Source: Chthoniobacter sp. (GTDB taxonomy: Bacteria; Verrucomicrobiota; Verrucomicrobiia; Chthoniobacterales; Chthoniobacteraceae). Taken from it: DNA of 32,906 nucleotides. The notes beneath the pieces were generated by a model. That model had not been told where the DNA came from. It saw nothing but the letters and a program-made list of their open reading frames with translations, and did not search any database. The stretch covers positions 1 through 32,906 of the forward strand of contig JANXWQ010000646.1 in NCBI GenBank assembly GCA_025351065.1, given 5' to 3'. The position numbers were made by a program, and so were the translations under genes. Of this stretch, positions 1 to 7,528 are shown piece by piece. Each line of letters starts with the position of its first letter. Position 1 is the stretch's first letter.

Positions 1-23
1 CCGCAAACGACCGCCATTTTCAT

Positions 24-57
24 CCTCTGCGACCTCTGCGTCTCTGCGTAAAAAAAG
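24..57. repeat. CTCTGCG x3 short repeat followed by an A-tract; probably the right arm of a palindromic intergenic repeat cut by the window edge
   Basis: CTCTGCG at 25-31, 34-40 and 42-48, then an A-run at 50-56, just past the GH16 stop. Same style of periodic arm as the CACGGAT element at 28943. Confidence 0.55.
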
Positions 58-60
58 CCT

Positions 61-972
61 CTACGGCTGCACCGACTCAATGACCGGCTCTACGACCGCG
101 GGCAGGTCGGACGCCTCCAATTTCGCCACCACTGCTGGCGCAGGTTCGACGCTCGCTTTCGCCACGACCGGCGCGGGTGCCTGCCAGATGCGGATGTAGT
201 CGATGGCGAAAAAATTCGGGAAGACGGTGTTTTCATCCGGCGCGCTCGATGGGCCGCGGGCGGAGCTGATACTGTTGCTCAGCAGCACATACATCGCGGT
301 GTTTGGCACATATTCGGCGGCGATGGTTTTGCGCACCACGCCGTCCACAAACCAGACCGCGCGGCCCGCCGTCCATTCGAGCGCGTAGGTGTGCCAGACA
401 TTTTCAAACTCCGTCTCGGTGTCGCCGGTGCTGTCCCACAGCGTGTCGCGCATGGTGCCGTGGGCGAGGCCGTGGTGCATCTTGCGCTGGCCGCCGTAGT
501 ATTCGGCGATGTCAAATTCGGGCGGCCAAGCCGCAAGGTTCTGCGGCATCAGCCAAAAGCAGGGCCACAGCCCTTTGCCGCCCGGATACTTCGCGCGGAT
601 TTCCACGTAGCCGTAGGTGAAAGTAAATTTGTCGTGGGTCGAAACCAGCCCCTGTGAATACGCAAAATCACCGGCGGGATTGTCGCCTTTTACTTCGTGC
701 CTGTCGGTGCGCAGACGCAGCAGGCCGTCGCCGAGCAGCACATCCTCGTCGAGCGTGTAGCTGGAATAGTATTCGTTGTGGTAGCGCGGGCCGTGGATGC
801 CGACGAAAGCCATCGTCGTGCTCCATTTCGTCTCGTCGAGCTGGGCCGCGTCGAACTCATCGGAAAATACCATCTGCCAGCTCGCAGGGGGCGTTGCCGC
901 GAGGGGCGAAACCATCATTTCCACCAGGGCCGTGAGGCCGATGGCGGCGAACGAGGAATGGGTGATTCGCAT
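61..972 (-). CDS. Glycoside hydrolase family 16 (laminarinase/beta-glucanase-like), secreted, with Pro/Ala/Val-rich C-terminal tail
   Basis: WQMVFSDEFD start of domain, FTYGYVEIRAK, GLWPCFW, catalytic EXDXXE (WPPEFDIAE), WHTYALEW, IDYIRIWQ; hydrophobic N-terminus. Confidence 0.92.
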   Translation of the reverse strand: MRITHSSFAAIGLTALVEMMVSPLAATPPASWQMVFSDEFDAAQLDETKWSTTMAFVGIHGPRYHNEYYSSYTLDEDVLLGDGLLRLRTDRHEVKGDNPAGDFAYSQGLVSTHDKFTFTYGYVEIRAKYPGGKGLWPCFWLMPQNLAAWPPEFDIAEYYGGQRKMHHGLAHGTMRDTLWDSTGDTETEFENVWHTYALEWTAGRAVWFVDGVVRKTIAAEYVPNTAMYVLLSNSISSARGPSSAPDENTVFPNFFAIDYIRIWQAPAPVVAKASVEPAPAVVAKLEASDLPAVVEPVIESVQP

Positions 973-1090
973 TCGCGCTGTGGCAAGTGGTTAGTAACAC
1001 CAGCCAGCATAATTGCAAGCTTGCCCTATGCCAGCGCCGCCCCGGCCGGCGGACCGCGGCGCGTGCGCCCGCCGCTTTCATTTACGATGT

Positions 1091-1119
1091 TTGGCGAAGC
1101 GGGGCGGCGCGCGTAGCTT
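1091..1119 (+). promoter_or_regulatory. Putative sigma70-type promoter for the DUF6421 gene
   Basis: TTGGCG (1091-1096), 17-nt spacer, TAGCTT (1114-1119), 19 nt upstream of ATG 1139. Confidence 0.5.
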
Positions 1120-1138
1120 GGCGGCGGAGGCTGAAAAA

Positions 1139-3214
1139 ATGATTCCTGCGCCACGCAAATTCGCCCGCGTTTTGTTCGACGAGTTTCACAGCGAGAGCTG
1201 GTCGAGCTCAGCGGAACGCGCCCGCGAAATGCAGCCGGAGCATCCCGCGAACTCTTCGTATCAGCGCGCGGCTGAGGCACTGGCCGCGCGCGACTTCGCG
1301 GTCAGCCGCAACGTGGCGCAGCCGCTGGAGAGCGCCGCGCTCGCGGCGGCGGACGTGCTCGTGCTCGCGCATCCGTGCGACCCGCGCTGGGAGCGCACGA
1401 CCTCGCACGGCTCGCCCGCTCTGACGGGGCGCGAAATCGCGGACGTGCAGGCTTTCGTCCGCGCGGGCGGCGGGCTGCTGGTCATCACGGAATACGAGCA
1501 CGACAAGTACGGCGACAACCTCAACGAACTGCTCGCGCCCGCCGGTCTGTGGCTGGAAAACGGCACCGCCTTTGACCGCGGCGCGTGTCTGCACGACAAC
1601 GCGGAATGGCTGCTCGGCGAGCCCGCCGCCGGCATGCCGCTGGCGCACGGCGTGGAGCGCGCGTGCTTTTTCCGCGCGGGCTGGTGCGCCGCGCGGCCGC
1701 CGGGCGAAATCGCCTGGCAGACCTCCGCCCACGCCTGCCCGCCGGGCGCCGGGCTCGTCGCGGTGTCGCGGCTCGGCGCGGGCCGCATCGTCGTCGTCAC
1801 GGATTCCGTGCTCTTTGGCGACGAGCGCATCGGCGAGGCGGGGCACGCGCAGCTTTGGCTGAACGTCGTCCACTGGCTCGCCGCGCCCGCCTTTGCGCAA
1901 CAGGACGCGCCCGGCGTAACTGTAGGGGAAGTTGCCAGCTTCCCCCACCGCGCGCCGCCCGCGCCGTGGCGGGATTTGAAAACGGCGATCAACCAACTCC
2001 GCCCGCTGCAACTCCCCGACGGCAGCGCGCCCGCCGCGCAGCACGCCGTCGCGTCCGCTCTCGTCGAGCAAGCCCTCGCGAGCCTCGCGGAGTTGCGCCC
2101 GCAGTTTCCGCATCAGGCGGAATATCTCGGTCAGCTCGCGCACGATTTCCGCGCGTGGGTGGCGGGCGGTTTTGCGCGGCCGGACTTCGGCGCGTCGCTC
2201 GCCGCGTTTCATCCCGAGCGCGAGCGGCGCGACGGGCGTGAGCTGCTCGCCGTCTTTCCGCTCTACACCCCGAACGCCTCGGGCGACACGCGCTTCGAGG
2301 CGCTGCTCATGCGCACCCCGTGGCCCGACTGGCTGGCCGCGCTGGAACGCTCCGGCTACCGCAACGCCAAATTCGCGCCGGGGCACCTGCTCGATTTCAC
2401 CGCCGGCTACGCGAGCGAGTGCGCGGTGCTTTTCCCCGAGACCGTGGCCGTCGCCGCAAACCCGCCGAACCACTTCGCCACCATCTTCTGCGACCGCGAA
2501 GCCGCGCGCCTGCAACGCTGCGTGCAGCGCGCCGCGGAAGTCACGGGGCTGACGCTTTTTCCCGAACTCGAATGCTGGCTCGGCGCGCGCCCGCTCATCG
2601 AGGAGACCATGGCGCTCTGGGATCTCATCCACGATGCCTCGCACAGCCTCGGCGAGCTGCCGTTCGATCCGTTTATGATCCGCCAGCGCGCGCCGTTCTG
2701 GATGTACGGGCTGGAGGAATTGCGCGTCGATCTGCGCAGCTTCGAGGAGGCCGCGCGGCTCGCGGCGGAGGGCTTTCCGTTCGGGCGCTACGTGACGTGG
2801 GCCATCGTGCTCGACCGCATCTTCCGCTTTCCCATCACCGGTCCGCGCATGCGCAACTACGACGCGCTCGGCGGCCAGTTGCTCTTTGCGTATCTGCACC
2901 AGCACGATGCCGTGGTGTGGTGCGACAACCGCCTCGCGATCCGCTGGGATGCTGTGGCGGCGGGCATCCGCGGGCTGCGCGAGGAAATCACCGCGCTCTA
3001 CAAATTCGGCGCGGACTGTTCGCGGCTTACCCTCTGGCTCACCGCGCACGACCTCATCGCGCGCTACGTCCCGCCCCACGTCGCGTCGAAATGGAAGGCC
3101 GGCGTCCGGCAGTTCGACGACGAAGGTGAGGTTAAAAAATGGCTGGTCCTGGTGCAGGACGACGAGTTCCCGCTCGGCAACTTTCACCTCAATCTGCTGC
3201 GGCGGATGAAGTAG
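1139..3214 (+). CDS. DUF6421 family protein with N-terminal DUF4350/GATase1-like domain (691 aa); possible M49-like zinc hydrolase
   Basis: N-domain RVLFDEFHSE...DVLVLAHP...FVRAGGGLLVI...GRIVVVTDS; C-domain FPLYTPN, GYASECAVLFPET, FCDREAAR, WDLIHDASHSLGELPFDPFMIRQRAPFWMYGLEELRVDL, RNYDALGGQLLFAYLH. Start set at ATG 1139 (in frame with the 1013 ORF, downstream of the promoter motif). Confidence 0.8.
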   Translation: MIPAPRKFARVLFDEFHSESWSSSAERAREMQPEHPANSSYQRAAEALAARDFAVSRNVAQPLESAALAAADVLVLAHPCDPRWERTTSHGSPALTGREIADVQAFVRAGGGLLVITEYEHDKYGDNLNELLAPAGLWLENGTAFDRGACLHDNAEWLLGEPAAGMPLAHGVERACFFRAGWCAARPPGEIAWQTSAHACPPGAGLVAVSRLGAGRIVVVTDSVLFGDERIGEAGHAQLWLNVVHWLAAPAFAQQDAPGVTVGEVASFPHRAPPAPWRDLKTAINQLRPLQLPDGSAPAAQHAVASALVEQALASLAELRPQFPHQAEYLGQLAHDFRAWVAGGFARPDFGASLAAFHPERERRDGRELLAVFPLYTPNASGDTRFEALLMRTPWPDWLAALERSGYRNAKFAPGHLLDFTAGYASECAVLFPETVAVAANPPNHFATIFCDREAARLQRCVQRAAEVTGLTLFPELECWLGARPLIEETMALWDLIHDASHSLGELPFDPFMIRQRAPFWMYGLEELRVDLRSFEEAARLAAEGFPFGRYVTWAIVLDRIFRFPITGPRMRNYDALGGQLLFAYLHQHDAVVWCDNRLAIRWDAVAAGIRGLREEITALYKFGADCSRLTLWLTAHDLIARYVPPHVASKWKAGVRQFDDEGEVKKWLVLVQDDEFPLGNFHLNLLRRMK
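1920..1946 (+). repeat. GTAG-type REP palindrome inside the DUF6421 coding sequence
   Basis: CTGTAGGGGAAGTTGCCAGCTTCCCCC matches the reverse complement of intergenic 17770-17796 at 26/27 nt; read in frame as (T)VGEVASFP(H). Confidence 0.85.
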
Positions 3215-3243
3215 CAAACAGCCCGGCCCGGCTGCGCCCGCAC

Positions 3244-6200
3244 CTACCGTGTGGCACGGGCGCGCAGGAAACGCTGGCCCGCGGCGACGGGCTGGCTGTC
3301 GCGATAGGTCACACGCTCCATGCCATTGCCCAGGTCGGTGACACTGCCCACCGGCAAGTCCACGGGAACCCAGGTAACAAGATCGCTGCTGGCCTCGACC
3401 GTAAAGGCGGTGTCGAGGGTATGGTGGCGGCGGTCATAGGTCATGGCGAGGTAGTCCGTGCCACTGACATTGACGACGGTTGAAACAGGCTGCGGTCTGG
3501 CATCTGTTACGCGCGGGTTGCCGCCAAAGGCAAACTCCTCGAAGTTCGAGCGCCCGTCGCCATCGGTATCAACCAGCACGCCGGCGATGCTGGGATTGGC
3601 TTCCTCGGCGGCGGAAAAGTAACTCTTGCGCCAGCCGACATAAACATTGGCAAAAGTCGTTTCCCCGCTGCCGGGCGTGCCGCCGGCGGTGTCGGCGAGC
3701 GCCCAGTTGCTGGCGGTTTCGTAGCCATCCCATGCGGGGTTGCTGGTGCGTGCGACCAGCGAGTAACCGGTGGTATTGATGAGCGTGGACGGACTGCCCG
3801 GCTTAGGCAGGCCGTACCAGAGCGAGTTGTAGGTGAACTGGAGGACGGACTCGCCGACGGAGTCGAGGAGCTGGATGGTCTCGCCGTTGTTATCCAAGTT
3901 GCCCTCGTACTGGCCGGCCACCACCGCCCCGGCCGCGCTGTAACGCAGGTTAAAGGCGGAGGTCAGGCCCACGATCACGCAGCGCTGCCCCGCCTGGAGG
4001 GTAAAGCCGGCGGGGAAAGTGAAGGTCACGCCTTTGTCAAAATGCGCGCCGCCGATGTTCAGCGGAGTAAGACCGGTGTTAATGAGTTCGATGAACTCGA
4101 AGTCGCTGGCCGTCACGCCGGGCAGCGCGGCCAGTTCGGCGGCGGTGGGTGCGGCTGGGTCAAAGTTGATCTCGGTGACCCGCAGGGCGTTTTGGGCGGC
4201 GGTGGGCGTGCCGGCATAGGTCGTGGTGGCGACAATCACGTCCTGCGCGGGCGTAGCTCCGGGGATGACGAGATTCAGCGTCTCGCCGCGGGCCGAAAGC
4301 TGGCCGGAGTAAGGTCCGACGACCAGGCGGTATTCGCCGCCGCGCGGGCTGGCCGGGCGTAGGCGGAACAGGCCGGGCTGGCGTGCGACATGCAGGCGGC
4401 CCGCGTGGACATCGCCCGTGGCCGTGACGGCGCTGCCGGCGGTGAAAGGCGGAATGACGGTGCCGCCGCGGAAGGTGTAACTCACTGCCCCGGTAATCTT
4501 CCAGCCCGAGACATCAACGTAGTCGGCGCTGTTATTGCGGAGAATGAAATACTCATGATCCTGATTGCCGGAGGCGGGGTTGGAATCGAGCTGCTCAAAA
4601 ACCAGTCCGGCGGGTGCGGCAGGCTGGGCGGCGGGAATGGGCACGCCGCCGCTGTTCGGGTTCAGCGTGTAGAGATACTGCCGTCGTCCGGCAATGAAGG
4701 GCGGCAGGCTGGTGTAGCCAAAGGTTCCGTAAGGATTGGCTCCCGGAAAATCAGCCGTCGGAGCAGGGTTGCTATTCAGGATGCGCGCGCCTTGGGTGCG
4801 GATGAAATGATTGGCCGTAAAGACTCCAACACCCAGCTCGTTGCCGCCTCCGCCGTCCGTCCAGTAACCCCACTTGAGCATATCGAGGTAGGCATCGGAG
4901 CCAGTCCCGGCGGCGGACGGGTCGAGTTGGTTGAGAAGGTCATTGATGCGGGTCTCCCACGGGCCGTTCGTCGCGGCGGCAGACACCAGGTAGTTGTCCA
5001 TCAGTGTGCGCATGCGGCGGACACACATGGCGTTCAGGTCGGCGGATTGCCAGACGAGCTGCTTGAGCCGGTTGTCGGCTCCGTTGCGCAGCGGACGCTG
5101 TGCGTCGATGTCATCGTCGAAGTAACCCTGCGAGGACGTCCAGGTGTGGCCGAAGCTCAAGTCCTGATCCCAGGGCAGGATAGACCACTCGCCGGAACCA
5201 TAGGTGTCGCGGTAGATGTAGCAGTTCTTATGGCCGTTGTCGTTGTTTTCGATCAGATCATTGACGGCCAGATAGTTAATCATCGTCGGCACATCGAACC
5301 TGTCGAAACCGTAGAGCCGGCGGCTGGCAAGGGCGTTGGTCGTGTCGAGTGCATTTTCAAAGGCGGCGAGGTCGCTTTTGTCGGTGAGGGGTTCGCCGGT
5401 CTTTTTCTCCGCCGAACTGCCGCCGTCGGAAAAGGTGTCATACATTTTATAGAGCGCGCCGTTGGCATCCAGACCGACCCGCGCAAGAAAGTCGCTGTTC
5501 CCATTTTCCGTCAGATCGTAGATACCCCAGAACACACCGTTTTGCTGCACCCGAACCGGGATGGAAAAGTGTGACGCCAGGTGCCCCGAGCCCGCCCAGG
5601 TTTCATAGGCCAGGTTGTTTCTTACTTTGGACTTGTCGGCGTAGTTGGTCAGCAGGTTGAAGGAGGCCACGGCGCGCTCGCTGGTCTTCCAGGTGAACTG
5701 GTTGTCCTGGCTGAAATTAACGTCGTGGCTCTTCTTGTTGACCGGAAAGCCCGCGGTGGACTGGCCGTGGAGATCGACCTGCACGTTGTCGTAAAACCGG
5801 CCCGGCTGATAGGTGCCGTTGGCATTGCGCTCCGAGTAGAAGAATGAGCAGCGGCAGCCGCCGGAGGTTCCCGGCTGATAAGTGGGGGTGACAAAGCTGG
5901 GATTCAGGAACCATTGCAAGATCGGGAGCTGGGAGGTGTTGATGGTATCCTGGGTTACCGTGCCATAGTACTGGTCGTTGTCGGTGGTGTTGCGGTAAGG
6001 CGGCTCGGTCGCTGCGGTGTTGGCCGAGTCGCGGGCTTCCACGCGCCACCGGATCATCTGCGCGCCGCCGGCGTTCACGGTGGAGATTTGGGCCGTGTAG
6101 ATGTGGTCATTGGCGATCAGGTCGGGAAAGAGGCCATCGTCTTTCATCACCACGTTGCTTTCCGCATTGAACATCACGCGGTAGTAAAGTTTCACCGGAC

Positions 6201-7452
6201 TGGCGGCGGCGAGCGGATTGATGGTGGTGATGACTTTGGCGGTGACGGTGATGGGTGCGCTATTGGCATCGCCCGTGGGCCGCGTTCCTACGGCGCTGGT
6301 GGTCTGAGATACGCCCGGCCCAAGGGTGGCGAGCGCCGCGCCATTGGCCCCGCCCGGCGTGGCACTGGCGAGGTAGCTGGGTGCGCCGACTCCCAGGTTG
6401 AGGGTGCCGTCGAGCACGGGCAGGCAGAGGGAGCGCGAGCCGTTGGCGGTGCCGAAGCTGTCGGTGTCGGTGGCGCTGTTATAGTTCTGGAGGTGAAAGG
6501 CGAGAACGTTGGTGCCGTTGATAAGAAAGGACTGCGCATTGGACGGATTAAAGGTGTCGTAACTGGAGATAAAGACGCCGTTGCGGTCGATGAGGGACGA
6601 TGAGTTCCAATTGGTGCCGCCGGAGAGACTCGAGGCGATCAGGTTGCCATTGAGGTAGCAGATGAAGCCGTCGTCGTATTTCATCTTCAGGGTCAGGGCT
6701 GTGACCTGCGCCGCGTTGGCGACGGTAAAGGGCACGCGCACCAGCAGGGTGTTATTCACCTGATACATGGTGGCCTGCATGTTGCCGCCCGCGCCGATGA
6801 GCGACCCATAGCTGCCCGTGGTGTCATAGCCAAAGCCGGTCGCGCCGGACTGCCAGGCGCTGTCGTTGTAGGCGATGGAGTTCCAGCCTGCGGCCCCCGT
6901 GGGCATGTCTGCCGCCGAGGCGGGGACCTTCGCCTTGCCCGCGGCACCCGCGGCGATGAAGCTCTGGGTGCTGGTCATTGAGGGCAGGCCGTAGCTGATG
7001 TCCTGCACCTGCTGCGGGTAGCCATTGTAGGCATGTTCGATAGTCAGGCCGTCGGGCCGCACGAGAGCCAGGTAACTGCCGGCGCTGTTACTCAGCTTGA
7101 AGTTGGTATGCAGCTTGGTGAGGGCGAGTTTGCGATCCTTTTTCGAGGCAAAGACGAGCAGGCGGCCGTTGGCTCCGAGGGTAATGGCGGGCGCGGTGAC
7201 GGGGAGTTGCCATTTGTGCAGGTTGCCGGAGTCATCGGTCAGAAACCATCCGTTGAGACTGATGGCGGTCGCGCCGGAATTCCAAAGCTCCAGCCAGTCG
7301 GAGTGATCCCCGTCCTCATCGACTTTGGTGTTGGTCTGGTTCTCGGTGAGAAACTCCGAGATATAGACGGTCTGCGCGCGGGCCGGCCCGCCGAAAGCCA
7401 GCAGGGCCAACAGCGCGAGGCAAAAATGGAACGTTCGAGGGGAGTGGCACAT
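3244..7452 (-). CDS. Secreted lamin-tail-domain / CotH-family kinase protein with verrucomicrobial-type C-terminal domain (~1402 aa; alternative start 7470)
   Basis: Signal peptide ending ARA-Q; LTD repeats (VYISEF..DWLELWN..LNGWFLTD; EYFILRN..DVSGWKI; LRVTEINF..DFEFIELIN); CotH motifs LHGQST..KKSHDV, VRNNLAYE, NGVFWGIY, DNGHKNCYIY, WSILPWDQDLSFG; C-terminal DTDGDGRSNFEEFAFGGNP...RFLRARATR. Confidence 0.85.
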   Translation of the reverse strand: MCHSPRTFHFCLALLALLAFGGPARAQTVYISEFLTENQTNTKVDEDGDHSDWLELWNSGATAISLNGWFLTDDSGNLHKWQLPVTAPAITLGANGRLLVFASKKDRKLALTKLHTNFKLSNSAGSYLALVRPDGLTIEHAYNGYPQQVQDISYGLPSMTSTQSFIAAGAAGKAKVPASAADMPTGAAGWNSIAYNDSAWQSGATGFGYDTTGSYGSLIGAGGNMQATMYQVNNTLLVRVPFTVANAAQVTALTLKMKYDDGFICYLNGNLIASSLSGGTNWNSSSLIDRNGVFISSYDTFNPSNAQSFLINGTNVLAFHLQNYNSATDTDSFGTANGSRSLCLPVLDGTLNLGVGAPSYLASATPGGANGAALATLGPGVSQTTSAVGTRPTGDANSAPITVTAKVITTINPLAAASPVKLYYRVMFNAESNVVMKDDGLFPDLIANDHIYTAQISTVNAGGAQMIRWRVEARDSANTAATEPPYRNTTDNDQYYGTVTQDTINTSQLPILQWFLNPSFVTPTYQPGTSGGCRCSFFYSERNANGTYQPGRFYDNVQVDLHGQSTAGFPVNKKSHDVNFSQDNQFTWKTSERAVASFNLLTNYADKSKVRNNLAYETWAGSGHLASHFSIPVRVQQNGVFWGIYDLTENGNSDFLARVGLDANGALYKMYDTFSDGGSSAEKKTGEPLTDKSDLAAFENALDTTNALASRRLYGFDRFDVPTMINYLAVNDLIENNDNGHKNCYIYRDTYGSGEWSILPWDQDLSFGHTWTSSQGYFDDDIDAQRPLRNGADNRLKQLVWQSADLNAMCVRRMRTLMDNYLVSAAATNGPWETRINDLLNQLDPSAAGTGSDAYLDMLKWGYWTDGGGGNELGVGVFTANHFIRTQGARILNSNPAPTADFPGANPYGTFGYTSLPPFIAGRRQYLYTLNPNSGGVPIPAAQPAAPAGLVFEQLDSNPASGNQDHEYFILRNNSADYVDVSGWKITGAVSYTFRGGTVIPPFTAGSAVTATGDVHAGRLHVARQPGLFRLRPASPRGGEYRLVVGPYSGQLSARGETLNLVIPGATPAQDVIVATTTYAGTPTAAQNALRVTEINFDPAAPTAAELAALPGVTASDFEFIELINTGLTPLNIGGAHFDKGVTFTFPAGFTLQAGQRCVIVGLTSAFNLRYSAAGAVVAGQYEGNLDNNGETIQLLDSVGESVLQFTYNSLWYGLPKPGSPSTLINTTGYSLVARTSNPAWDGYETASNWALADTAGGTPGSGETTFANVYVGWRKSYFSAAEEANPSIAGVLVDTDGDGRSNFEEFAFGGNPRVTDARPQPVSTVVNVSGTDYLAMTYDRRHHTLDTAFTVEASSDLVTWVPVDLPVGSVTDLGNGMERVTYRDSQPVAAGQRFLRARATR

Positions 7453-7528
7453 GGCTTTGGTCCGTCGCATGGATGCGCCGCCGGTGCAACCAAGATGCCC
7501 GCCTGCCGTAGCGCCGCAAAGTGCGCGG

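Noticed and set aside
1013-1029. TTGCAAGCTTGCCCTAT resembling the end of the GTAG REP
   Set aside because: Only a half-site with mismatches; too short to distinguish from chance.
1208-3217. 669-aa minus-strand ORF
   Set aside because: Antisense shadow of the DUF6421 gene; Arg/Ala-rich with no motifs, as expected in high-GC DNA.
3215-3243. Terminator between the convergent DUF6421 and CotH genes
   Set aside because: Only a ~5-bp stem (CAGCC/GGCTG) and no U-tract.
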